Positions 21,027-37,290 of a DNA stretch of 64,000 bases are shown here, piece by piece; positions within the stretch are counted from its first letter, which is position 1; each line of letters opens with the position of its first letter. The position numbers were made by a program, and so were the translations under genes. Under the pieces are notes generated by a model. It worked only from the letters and a program-made list of their open reading frames with translations. It had not been told where the DNA came from and made no database searches. Location: positions 29,477-93,476 of the forward strand of contig CAWDUR010000017.1 in NCBI GenBank assembly GCA_963805585.1. Direction: 5' to 3'. This DNA is from an uncultured Chloroflexia bacterium. Lineage in GTDB: Bacteria; Chloroflexota; Limnocylindria; Limnocylindrales; CSP1-4.

Positions 21027-22218
21027 TCAGTCGCCCAACCGTCTCCACAGCTCAGCCGCGCCGGCGTTGGCCGACCGCCGTCGGCCGATCTCGCCCCCGC
21101 GGAAGATGACATGGCTGGTGCGTACCTCGCGTCCCTGCATGTCGAGGCCCACCTCCGCACGCATGTCGTCGCCGGACTCGCGTGCCACGACCGCCAGGCC
21201 GATCTCGGCGCCGCTGGCGGATCGTGCCTGCCTGGCGAGGCTGACAGGGTCGAGCGGTCCGCCGGACTCCCCTGGATGGCCCATCGCGTCAACGCCGATG
21301 ACCTCGGCTCGAAGCAGGAACGGTGCCGATGCCAGGAGCCGGGCGAGGTAGCCGCCGGTCCCGACCTCTATGCTGGCGACGCGGCGACTCCCCAGCCGGG
21401 CGGTCAGCGCCGCAGGCCAGTCGTCCTCATCCCTCGCGAACACGAAGGCGTCCAGCCGCGGGCTCAGCGAACCGATCGCCTCCTGGACGATCGCATCCGC
21501 GCTGCGCGACTCGTCAGCGGTGGCGCTGATGCGAAGATCCACCGAGTCGGGGCGGGCATAGGTGGCCAGACGGGGGTTGGCGGTCTCCAGGACCGACTTG
21601 CCCACGAGGTCGACGACGGCCGACTCCCCGATGCCCGTGAGTCGCAATGTGACCACGGCGCGATCCACCCCCAGGCCGCGCGCTCGGAGGCGCGGCAAGG
21701 CGTGGTTCCGCCACATCGGCAGCAGCTCCCGCGGCGGACCGGGGAGGGCGATGATGACCTTGGCACCCGTCTCCACCCACCATCCCGGGGCGGTGCCGTT
21801 GGGGTTGTCAAGACCGGAGGCGCTGGGGATCAGCCAGGCCTGCTTGAGGTTGACGTCGGAGAAGGGCTGGCCGCGCCTGGCCCAGAGCTCCCGCAGCCAG
21901 GACCTCCAGGTCCGCATCCACGCTGGGGCTCTCGGCCAGCGCCTGTGCGATGCCTTCCCGCGTGAGGTCGTCCGGCGTGGGGCCAAGCCCACCACTGGTC
22001 ACCACGAGGTCGACGCGCCGCAGGGCGGCCGTGATCGCCTCGGCGATGGTGTCCAGGTCGTCGGGCAGCTGCGACATGCGTCGGACCTCCACGCCGAGGT
22101 CCGTCAGGGCGCGCGCCAGGTCTCCGCTGTTCGTGTCGCGCGTCTCGCCCACGAGCAGTTCGGCACCGATGGCCAGGAGTTCTGCGGTGGCGATGGGGGG
22201 GCGGTCCGTCGATGGCAC
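21027..22218 (-). CDS. cinA: CinA family protein (frameshift near 21900)
   Basis: IGAELLVGETRDTNS, SGGLGPTPDDLTRE, NPNGTAPG, LPGPPRE, GIGES. Confidence 0.9.
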
Positions 22219-22316
22219 GGCGCGAGTGTACGTGAGGTCGTCCCGCGACAGCCGTCGGAGCGGCGGCACGGGCCGAGAGCCCACGGCCGATGGTTGACGC
22301 GGCGCCCCGGTCTGTG

Positions 22317-22343
22317 TTATCACTCTGACGCTGAGAGTGCTAA
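22317..22343 (+). promoter_or_regulatory. CIRCE element (HrcA operator)
   Basis: TTATCACTC-N9-GAGTGCTAA, 1 mismatch to consensus; TTGACG -35 at 22294-22299; upstream of groEL. Confidence 0.92.
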
Positions 22344-22456
22344 CCAAGGCATGGGGGTGGGAACGCCCCCGGCGAAGGATCACCAGACAGGCACAGCCGG
22401 GCACCCCTCACGCGACGCGTGTCGCGATACGAGCAGGGTCCCGGACGCCGCGATAG

Positions 22457-24109
<1,653 letters not shown>

Positions 24110-24136
24110 ACGACCTGACACGGTCGCGTACCGTTT

Positions 24137-24172
24137 CGAAGGGCCCGTCCCGACCAAGGGGCGGGCCCTTCG
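24137..24172 (+). terminator. hairpin terminator after groEL
   Basis: CGAAGGGCCCGTCCC / GGGGCGGGCCCTTCG inverted repeat. Confidence 0.7.
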
Positions 24173-24388
24173 TCGTCCCCAGCGAACCGTCCCCAGCGCT
24201 GCGAGTGGTCAACGCGTCGGCGCCGCCCCTGGTCACCGCCGGGCGCGACGCGATCGGCAGCTTCGCGCCGGTCATCCGACGACGCGATCATCGTTCCCTC
24301 AGGTATCCTCTAGCGGATCGGCAGGGCCGCCAGGGGTGCCTGCCGCGACCCTGAAGCGAGGCCCGCCCTGACGCTCGAACAGGATTCC

Positions 24389-25306
24389 TTGGACGAGACC
24401 CGGTCGGCGGACGGCGTTCCGCCTGCGCCGGAGACCCGGAATGCCGGGGCGGGCGCGGGCGACGCACCCGCGGCCGATGAGCCCGCCCCCGGAGTTGGTG
24501 AGGCCATCGCCGAAGCCCGTGCTGCGTTCATGCGCATGCTCGAGGCGCACCTGGCCTTGCTGCGCGCCGAGCTGGCCGTCGTCGGCCAGGAGCTCGGCAT
24601 CATCGTCGGCCTGGCCGCCGGTGCGCTGGTGCTGCTCCTCGTCGCCCTGCTGCTCCTCTACATCGGCGGCTGGCTCTTCTTCGGAGACTGGCTCTTCGGT
24701 TCGATGGGCTGGGGCATCATCCATGGCACCCTCCTCAACGTCGCCATCATCGGTCTCATCGCCGTCAACCTGGCCGGAGGCTCTCAGCGGGGGTACTTCG
24801 TGGGCCTGTTCGTGGGCGTCGTGGTGGGTCTCGCTGTCGGCGTCGTGCTCAGCTTCAACATCGGGAACGATCTGGCTGAGTGGGGCGCCGACTTGTTCGA
24901 GGCCCCGCAGTCCCTGGATGAGAACTGGGTGCCGACGCTGCTGGGCCTGATCGTCGGCGTCGTCGTCACTGGCGCGGTGGCGCTTACCATCGGCTGGTGG
25001 AAGAGGCTCCGCGGACGGCCGCTGCTGTGGACCGTGCTGGCTGCGGCGGCGGCGGGAGGCTTCGCCGGGGCTCTTGTCGCGTCCACGCGCTACGACAATC
25101 CCGACGGTGTGGGCGGCTTGGCCATCATGCTTGGCCTGCTGACGTGGATCATCGTCGGCGCCCTGCTGGCCTACTGGCAGGGGTTCGACCCCGAAGCCCG
25201 CTACGAAGGCCTGATACCCCGCCGGTCCATCGAGTCGCTCGAGGTGTCCCGTGACTTCCTCAAGGCACAGCTGAAGCGGCAGAAGGACAGGATGATGGGC
25301 CGATGA
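24389..25306 (+). CDS. multi-TM membrane protein with holin-X (YqjE)-like N-terminus
   Basis: HLALLRAEL followed by TM helices; C-terminal PRRSIESL typical of holin-X family tails. Confidence 0.65.
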   Translation: MDETRSADGVPPAPETRNAGAGAGDAPAADEPAPGVGEAIAEARAAFMRMLEAHLALLRAELAVVGQELGIIVGLAAGALVLLLVALLLLYIGGWLFFGDWLFGSMGWGIIHGTLLNVAIIGLIAVNLAGGSQRGYFVGLFVGVVVGLAVGVVLSFNIGNDLAEWGADLFEAPQSLDENWVPTLLGLIVGVVVTGAVALTIGWWKRLRGRPLLWTVLAAAAAGGFAGALVASTRYDNPDGVGGLAIMLGLLTWIIVGALLAYWQGFDPEARYEGLIPRRSIESLEVSRDFLKAQLKRQKDRMMGR

Positions 25307-25917
25307 GCGACAGGCCGATGAGCGACCCCCCGATGCTGCGGCCTCGTCGCCGCCCACTCGGCGAGCGCAAGGTCGCACCGGATGTGGTCACTGCGCTCGA
25401 GGACCTGCAGACGGCCCGCGAGGGCTTCCAGCGCTCGCTCGATGAACTGACGAGCGCCACGCAGTCAGCGCTGGACGTGCCGTCCAAGATCCGCAAGAAC
25501 CCCGTCAAGACGGCAGCGCTGGTGGGCGGAGCTGGCTTCATGCTCGCTGGCGGCCCGCGCCGGGTGCTGCGCTTCGCCGTCGGCAGGGTGCGTCCGGGCA
25601 AGCCAGCTCGTTCTCCAGGATTGCTGCCGCCTGAGATCGAGCGCGTGCTGAAGGATGCGGGCCTGGCCAAGGACCCGGACCTGCGGCGCGCTCTGGATGA
25701 TGACTTCGCGGAGTACCTCAAGTCGAAGGGTCGATACGATCCGCGGGTGACGGGCGCGACCACCTTCTGGCGCACCTTCGATCGCGTCGCCGGGCCGCTC
25801 GGCACGGCCAGCGCCAGGGTCCTCGTTGAACGCCTCATGGAGGCCGATCGCGACCGCACCAGGCGGCTGTCGGAGGCGCGCAAGAAGGCTCACGAGCAGA
25901 CGACCTCGTCCTCGTAG
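25303..25917 (+). CDS. hypothetical protein (DUF3618-like N-terminus)
   Basis: ATGA coupling; LQTAREGFQRSLDEL coiled segment, KNPVKTAALVGGAGF. Confidence 0.65.
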   Translation: MSDRPMSDPPMLRPRRRPLGERKVAPDVVTALEDLQTAREGFQRSLDELTSATQSALDVPSKIRKNPVKTAALVGGAGFMLAGGPRRVLRFAVGRVRPGKPARSPGLLPPEIERVLKDAGLAKDPDLRRALDDDFAEYLKSKGRYDPRVTGATTFWRTFDRVAGPLGTASARVLVERLMEADRDRTRRLSEARKKAHEQTTSSS

Positions 25918-25974
25918 ACCGCCCCTGCCGGTCGGTCGCGCCGCACAAGGCCTCGCGTATCATCAGCCCGCCCA

Positions 25975-26060
25975 GCCGGGGTGGCGGAATGGCAGACGCG
26001 GCAGCCTTAGGAGCTGTTGACCGTGAGGTCGTGCAGGTTCGACTCCTGTCCCCGGCACCA
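25975..26060 (+). tRNA. tRNA-Leu (anticodon TAG)
   Basis: GCCGGGG/CCCCGGC acceptor stem, GGCGGAATGGCAGACGC D arm, CTTAGGA anticodon loop, long variable arm, GGTTCGACTCC T arm, encoded CCA. Confidence 0.97.
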
Positions 26061-26262
26061 GTCTGGCGGCCTGCCGGTGTTCGGTGAGGGCGCGTCGCGA
26101 ATCAGGAGCGCAGCGCCGGCAGCAACCCGGTATCGGCCTGACCCATTCGGAGCGGCCTGCATCGCTCCGGCGACCCCGGACACCAGCACCCCGGGACACG
26201 CCACCGCGTGAGCCTCCCTATACTCGCGTGGCACTGCCACCCATTCGACGAATAAGGACGCC

Positions 26263-27736
26263 GTGAAGACCGACATCCGCGAAGGCGACCGCAGCACGAT
26301 CGTGCTTGAGGTCGAGATCGACCGCTCAGGAGCTCCAGCGGGCCATCGATGAGGGCGTTCGGCACCTTGCCCGCCGCACCCGCGTGCCTGGCTTCCGGCC
26401 CGGCAAGGCGCCCCGCCAGATCCTCGAGCGGGCACTCGGCATCGACCGCTCCGACCCCGAGTCGCCGAATCCGATCTACGACGAGGCCCGCGAGCACCTC
26501 TACGAGCGCACGGTCCTGCAGGCCCTCCAGGAGGCGGACCGCGACATCCTCGAGCTGCCTCGCGAGCCGGAGTGGACGAGCTTCTCGGAGGGTGAAGGCG
26601 CCGCCTACCGCGCGACCCTGGCGGTGCGTCCGGAGGTCACGCTCGGGGACTACACCGGCTTTCCCTTCACGCCCCAGGTCGACGAGGTGACCGACGAGCA
26701 CGTCCAGGCCGTCATCGACCAGTTGCGCGACCAGCAGGCCGTGCTCGTGCCGGTCGAGGATCGCCCGGCGCAGGTCGATGACTACGCGGTCATCAGCTTC
26801 GAGGGCCGCCGCAATGGCGAGCCGGTGGACGGTGCGCGATCGGAGCGCTTCCCCCTCATCATCGGCAAGGAACGCATGGTCCCCGGCTTCGAGGCCAACC
26901 TCATCGGCATGCGTGAGGACGAGGAGCGTACGTTCACGGTGACGTTCCCTGAGGACTACGGCGAAGCCGAGCTGGCTGGCCAGGACGTGGAGTTCACGGC
27001 GCGCATCCGCGAGCTGCGCGAGCGACGTCTGCCGGAAGCGGACGACGACTTCGCCGGCCTCGTGGGCCCCTACGAGGACCTGGCGGCCCTGCGCGCCGAA
27101 CTACGCTCGCGCATGAGCGTGAACGCGCTCGACCGTGCCCGGCACCTCTTCGCCGACCGCATCATCGAGTACGCCACGGCCAACGCCACCGTGGAGCTGC
27201 CCGACGTGCTCGTGGCCCGCGAGGTCGAGATGATGATCGACGAGCTCAAGGTGCGCACCGCCCAGCAGGGCATCCGCTACGAGGACTACCTGCGTGTCAC
27301 GGAGAAGACGGAGGCCGGCCTGCGCGAGGAGTACCAGGAGCCTGCCGAGCACCGCGTCAAGGTGCTCCTCGTGCTGGGCAGCGTCGCCGACAAGGAGGAG
27401 GTCGACGTCTCCGACGCGGAGGTGGAGGCCGAGATCGCCCACCTGCGCGCCGGGGAGGAAGCCAACCGCTCGGTGGCCGACTACCTCGACTCCGATCGCG
27501 GACGCAGCTACGTTCGCTCTCAACTGCGCCGCTCGGCGGTGGTCGAGCTGATCGTCGACCGTTGGATCGACGCTCACCCCGAGTTCGCCGAGGTCCAACA
27601 CCAGCACCAGCCGCACACCCACCACGATGACGAGCCAGCCAGCCTCATCGACGAGGTCATCGGCGACGGGGATGAGGACGAAAGCGCCGAACTGGCCGCC
27701 ATCGAGGCGGCCGCAGCGGAGGAGGCCAGGGCATGA
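26263..27736 (+). CDS. tig: trigger factor (frameshift near 26325)
   Basis: [14 protein letters not shown]-like MVPGFE..TFPEDY; tRNA-Leu-tig-clpP-clpX synteny. Confidence 0.95.
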
Positions 27737-27801
27737 CTCGCCGGCAGCCAGGGATCCCAACGGCCTCCGCAGCGGCCGAAGCCGCCCGCCAGACCACGGC
27801 C

Positions 27802-28429
27802 ATGCTCGTGCCCATGGTCATCGAGTCCTCGAGCCGCGGCGAGCGCGCCTACGACATCTACAGCCGACTGCTCAAGGACCGCATCATCTTCCTTGGGGAC
27901 GGCATCGAGGACCACGTCGCCAACCTGGTCATCGCCCAGCTGCTCTTCCTCGAGGCAGAGGACCCCGAGCGCGACATCAGCTTGTACATCAACTCGCCCG
28001 GGCGGCGTCGTGACGTCCGGCCTGGCCATCTACGACACCATGCAGTACCTGCGGGCCCCGGTGAGCACCATCTGCATCGGCATGGCCGCCTCCATGGCCT
28101 CCGTGCTGCTGGCGGCCGGCGCCAAGGGCAAGCGCTACGCCCTGCCCAACAGCCGCATCATGATCCACCAGGGATCGGGTGGCTTCCGGGGCTCCACGCC
28201 GGACGTGCTCATCCAGGTGCGCGAGCTGGAGGACCTCAACACTCGCCTCCACGGGGTCCTTGCCCGGCACACCGGCCAGACGGCCAAGAAGGTGGCCGCG
28301 GACACCGAACGCGACTACTTCATGGCCCCCGAGCAGGCCAAGGCCTATGGCATCATCGATGAGGTCTACGCGGAGCGATCCGAGTCGCTCATCAGCGAGG
28401 CCAAGGGCAAGGCCTCCGCCAAGGGCTAG
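27802..28429 (+). CDS. clpP: ClpP protease proteolytic subunit (frameshift near 28000; alternative start 27733)
   Basis: [37 protein letters not shown]. Confidence 0.97.
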
Positions 28430-28456
28430 CAGCGGGACCGGGAAGGAGCGCGCATC

Positions 28457-29762
<1,306 letters not shown>

Positions 29763-29919
29763 CGTCCAGGACCCGGACGGCCTGACCTCGGCCACGTTCG
29801 GCCGCCGAGTGGTTCCTGATCTCGATGCCTCCCGGCCTGCCGGAGGCGTCGGCAGGGTGCGCTAGACTCGCCACACCGAGACCGGCTCGACGCGCCGGCC
29901 AGGATCACTGAGGGTCCCA

Positions 29920-29950
29920 GACCTCGTTCGTCCACGCGGCGAACGAGGTC
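29920..29950 (+). promoter_or_regulatory. strong hairpin in the valS 5' leader
   Basis: GACCTCGTTCG...CGAACGAGGTC perfect 11-bp inverted repeat between TAGACT -10 (29873) and the SD. Confidence 0.5.
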
Positions 29951-29979
29951 GTCCATGTGGCATGAGGAGACAAGCAGCC

Positions 29980-32765
<2,786 letters not shown>

Positions 32766-32890
32766 CGGAGGAGCGCGGTGGCCATCCCGGCGACGCGACA
32801 GCGAGCGACCTCGGTTTGCAGGCGCGATCAAGGCGCTACGATGGAGCCATCCAGTCCCACGCCTCGATGTTGATTCCGGGGATCGACCTG

Positions 32891-33644
32891 TGACCTTCGA
32901 CTTCCTCAAACGCAAGCCCGAACCGCCAGCCGCGAAGCCCCGTTCCATGGGACTTCCCGAGCTGGGCATCCTGACCGAGGAACCGCCGGCGGAGGACTAC
33001 GAGCTCAAGCTGACCTACCGGGCTCGCAGCAGCAAGGGCGTTCGCTTCCGTCCCGGTGAGGGTTCCGTCGCTGCGCTGCCGCTCATGCTGGAAGGGTTCG
33101 CGAAGTCGCCCATCGAGCTCATCGAGCCGCTGGACCCGCAGTTCGCCGATGCCAATCCCACGGTCATGCGCACCATCGAGGCTTCGCAGTGGCTCAACGC
33201 CCATCATCACCGCTCACCGGTGACGCGTTACGGCCTCATGGTGCTCGAGTCACTGGATGCGGTCGACCCGGCCTATGAGTCGATCGCCATGTGCCTGCTG
33301 GAGGGCAACCCTCGATTCCGGTGGTTACCCGGACTACACCGGCATCGTGGGCGCCGTGGCCTCCTACTGGGATGAGGTCACGGGTGACCAGATGGTCCGC
33401 GGCATCGTCGGCTGGGGTGGCCGCGGCGTGCGAGGCGACACCGAGCGCACGGCGACTCGCTTCCTGAGCAGCGTCCTGGTCGCCATCGTCTCGACGCAGG
33501 GGCGCCGCGGAAGTGCTCGAGCTCGATCGGCCACTGCCGCCCGATTCGGGCAGCGGCCTGGTCTGCCCCCACTGCCAGTTCGCCCAGGTGGGCCGCAGCG
33601 CGTACTTCTGCCCGAAGTGCGGCATGCGCCTGCTGCGAGGCTGA
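32891..33644 (+). CDS. hypothetical protein with C-terminal double zinc ribbon (frameshifted)
   Basis: Ends LVCPHCQFAQVGRSAYFCPKCGMRLLRG. Confidence 0.65.
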
Positions 33645-33649
33645 GCGCG

Positions 33650-34008
33650 ATGCCGACCTACGACTATCGCTGCGCCGCCTGCGGGCTGGAGGTCGAGGTC
33701 ACGCACGGCATCCACGCTCACGGGCCATCCACGTGCACGGCATGCGGGGGTGCCATGCGCAAGGCGCTGTCCACGCCCGCCATCCACTTCAAGGGCAGTG
33801 GCTGGGCCAAGAAGGATGCCCGGTGCGGCCGCCAAGGCCTCGCCGGCGACGACACCGTCCAGGCGCCGAGTCCAAGTCGGGCTGCCACGGACAGGCCGAC
33901 GGACTCGGCGAGTTCGGGCAAGTCGGACAAGGCCGCACCGACCTCGTGCGGCGAGTGCGTCCGCAGGAGTCGACAGCGGCGAAGTCCACTTCGAGCGGCG
34001 GCGCGTAG
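33650..34008 (+). CDS. FmdB family zinc-ribbon protein (frameshift in the low-complexity tail)
   Basis: MPTYDYRCAACG..CTACG..IHFKGSGW. Confidence 0.9.
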
Positions 34009-34020
34009 GTCGGCCGAGGC

Positions 34021-34266
34021 ATGCCGCGCGTCGTCTCCGACTGGATCAGCCTCAGCGAGGCCGCACACATCTTCGCTGAGGCGAACGTGCCCGTCAGTCG
34101 CTCCACCCTGGCACGCTGGGCCCACTCGGGCAAGCTGCAGTCCATCCAGCCCGGTCGACAGATCTATGTGCGGCGCGCCCAGGTACGGGCCATGTTGCGA
34201 CCCGACAAGCGCGGCCTCAGGGCCAGCCAGTTGCAGCCGGGATTCTTCGAGGATCTGAGCGGGTGA
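34021..34266 (+). CDS. small Xis/BldC-like (HTH_17/MerR-type) DNA-binding protein
   Basis: WISLSEAA..VSRSTLARWAHSGKL..GRQIYV pattern. Confidence 0.75.
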   Translation: MPRVVSDWISLSEAAHIFAEANVPVSRSTLARWAHSGKLQSIQPGRQIYVRRAQVRAMLRPDKRGLRASQLQPGFFEDLSG

Positions 34267-34293
34267 ACGGCGGAGGCGGAGCGCCTCCAGGTA

Positions 34294-35255
34294 GTGACGA
34301 CCCGGCGCGACGGGTCCCTCCCGTGCTTGGGTCGGCGGGCACGGCTGGAAGCGATCGCAGCGGCGCGTGCTACGACTTCCGCTGGTCCGCCGGATCACGG
34401 AGGTCATGCGCGCCTACGACCGCGGCGGCGGCGGCATGCTGGCTGCGGCACTGGCCTACTTCGCCTTCTTCACGATGGTGCCGGCACTCCTGCTGTTCGT
34501 GAGTCTCCTGGGCGTCCTGATCGAAGATCGCCATCTGCGTGAACAGCTCGTGGCAAGCCTCGTGGACCGACTCGATCCCATCAGCGAGGTGGCCACCGTC
34601 GTCATCGACGGCCTGGCCGGCGGTGGCCGCACCGGCACGGTCATCGGCGTGCTGGGTCTCCTCTGGGGTGCCAGCGGCTTCTACGGGGCTCTGCAGGGTG
34701 CCATGGGACACATGTTCCCCGGGCCAGGCGAGCGCGACCTCCGTGCGCACCAGGCTTCGGGGCCTGCTCACCGTCGCGCTTATCCTGGCCGGCCTGCTGG
34801 CCGCGGTGGTGGCCATCGTGGCAGTGCCTGTCGTGCGCCAATGGCTGGCAGCCCGCTGCGTCGATCTCAGCGGCCTGGACCTGCCGATCCTGGAGCAGGC
34901 CTGCGCCATCGACGTGGCCTCCGTCAGCACGCTGGTGGCCATCGCGGCCACGATGGTCGTGGCCGGATCCGTCGCGCTGATCGTCTACGTCGTCATCCCA
35001 CCCGATGGCGCCTCGTTGCGCCAGGCGGGCCTGCCGGCCGTCCTGGTGGGTGTCGCGATCGGGCTGTTCACGTCAGCGTTCGCCTGGTTGGCGCCGCTGC
35101 TCGTCCGTCAGTGGCTGACGCTCGGGATCGTGGGCAGCGTGTTCATCTCGCTCATCTGGTTCAACCTGGTCTTCCAGGCGCTCGTCTACGGGGCCGCCTT
35201 TGCGAGGTTGCGCCGCGACGAGGAGCGCAATCGCGCGCTGCGGTTAGCCCGGTAA
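34294..35255 (+). CDS. YihY/BrkB family membrane protein (frameshifted)
   Basis: LAAALAYFAFF..P, LLWGASG, WFNL..LVYGA. Confidence 0.85.
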
Positions 35256-35306
35256 GGCCCTGCGTCACGGGGGAGGGCGGCGGGCGCGAAGCACACGCGC
35301 GGGTGA

Positions 35307-37069
35307 TCAGACTGGCTGGGGAGCCCCGCAGCGGCGGCAGAAGCGCGCCTTCGTCGAAAGCGGCAGGCTGCAGTTGGGGCAAGCCCTTGACGCTGCTGCC
35401 TGCCGGGAAGCCGGCGACATGCCGGCCAGAGAACCCGCAGGAGCCGGTGCGGCTGGCAACGGAAGCGGGGCGGAAGGAGGAGGGAGCGGGGGGGTTGGCG
35501 GACCGGGCAGCGCCGGCGGGCGCGTCATCGGTGAGGACGTGATGGTCGGGCTCGGCGCGGGTGGAGTCGCTGGGGGGACGACCGGCATCACCACCACGGC
35601 CTGAGGGACCGGCGCCTGGTACGGCTGTGCGAATGGCCCGGGATCGACGGGTGTGGCCCACACGGCCAGGCCCGGGGATGGCAACTTGGGTGGAACCTGC
35701 GTGGGCGGCGCTGGCGGGACAGGTGATGAAGCGGGGCGCGCAGGCGTGACAGGGACCGGAGCGGGCGATGGTGCGGTCGGCGGGGGTGGCTCCACCAAAG
35801 GTGGCTCGGCGGTCGTCGCCGTTTCCGGCATCGGGGGTACCCTCGGCGAAGGTACCGTGGCAGGAAGGTCGGCTTCAGCCATCGGAGGACTCAGAACCGG
35901 CGGCACCTCCTCGTCGATGGCGTGGGTGACCACCGGGACCGGGAGAGTCGTCGCCGCCTCGTCGACGACGTCGGACGCGTCGTCGAGTCCTCGTCGCGCG
36001 ATGTCCAGCCAGGCTTCCGTCTCCGGTAGTGGAGCGAGCGGCGTGTCATCGGGCCGCGCAGGCTCGTCGTCGGGGGCCGCCGACCACGATGGCTCCGCCA
36101 CAGGCACGGAGGGCTCCGCCATCGCCCGGAGGGCTCCGCCATCGCCCCGGAGGGCTCCACCTCCGGCACTGAGGGCACGGCAGGGTCGCTGGTCGCACGC
36201 TCCACGGGTACTGGCGGAGCTGACACCTCGTCCGGGACCGCCTCGACCGTGTGGTCGCTCGTCGAGGAGCCGGCGTCGTCCGGCGGGGGACCGGACGAGA
36301 CACCGCCCCGGCCCATCACGGCAGCGCTGGCCCGCGCCCAACCGCTCGCATCCACGTGCGTCTCGGTGTCGATCAGGCTGGCCAGGACGCCGACGTCCTC
36401 TGTCGGGACGGGGACCGCAGGGTTCTCACTGCGACCCGGATCGTCGGCCGAGAACACCACGCCTCGCCATGGGTCCAGTTCCGGGGCGGGCGTCCACGGC
36501 AGGTCCGTTGCTTTGGCAGGGTTGGGGACGGCCCCGACCGCTGGATCGGTCGGTGGATCAGTCACAGGGGGAGAGGTCGTCGCGCTCAGGGCGTCCGCGA
36601 CGGGAGCGTTCGTCACGCTGCCACCGACTGCAGGCACGGCACCGGCGTCCGCGACCGTGTCCGGCCCACCGTGGGTCAGGTCGCCGGAAGGCCAGTCACG
36701 CGCCTCGTCGGTCAGGCGCGGTCCAGTCGCCACGCCGCCAACCCAGGCGACGTCGGATCGCTCCGCATCATCAGGCTCGGCGCTGCGTTGGCCCTCGAGG
36801 GGTCGACAGGAGAGGCAGTGGCCTTCCTGCTCGTTCCAGCAAGCCTGGCAGTTGTATCGACGGCAGCCCAGGCAGAACCGAAAGGTGTCGCCGAAAGCCT
36901 CGTTGATGGGCAATGCCACGCCGTCCGCGGGCGCGCCCTCGGGATCGGCGGGCCGTCGCAGGAAGCGACCGAGCATGCCCGCAGGCTGCGCGGGTCGCTC
37001 CAGCGGAGCCGGTTGCGTGAAGCGCGCCCCACACCGCTCGCAGAAGGACTGGATGACGTTATCGGTCAT
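35307..37069 (-). CDS. large Pro/Ala/acidic low-complexity protein with Cys-rich Zn domains at both ends (frameshift near 36135)
   Basis: N-terminal CERC and CLGCRRYNCQACW..CLSC; C-terminal CPNC..CRRC. Confidence 0.75.
36090..36166. repeat. about 21-bp intragenic tandem repeat (GGAGGGCTCCGCCATCGCCCC-like)
   Basis: 3-4 degenerate units encoding (M/V)AEPS; one unit is 20 nt, causing the frameshift. Confidence 0.7.
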
Positions 37070-37290
37070 AGCGCGGCGGCGCGACTCCCTCAGGCAGGCT
37101 CCGGGCACGTCGAGGTCTCGAGTGCTCAGAGTAGTCTTGCAGACCTCGCCGAGCCTACCAGCACCTGCGTACCCTGACCAGCGGGAGCGATGGTCCCATG
37201 GGCGATGCGGTGTCCGGCAGCAGAGCTCAGACACGTTGCGGGTCGTGCTGGGGCTACCATGTTGGGCCTGCCCGCAGAGGACCGTCGCCC

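Noticed and set aside
24389-25306. Holin as evidence of a prophage
   Set aside because: Holin-X-like genes are common chromosomal genes; no phage genes nearby
25975-26260. tRNA-Leu as an integration site for an island
   Set aside because: No integrase, no duplicated tRNA 3' end seen, and core tig follows directly
29880-29975. T-box riboswitch before valS
   Set aside because: Leader too short and lacks the T-box consensus; kept only as an unknown hairpin
36090-36166. Short repeats as a possible CRISPR array
   Set aside because: Contiguous degenerate coding repeats with no unique spacers and no cas genes
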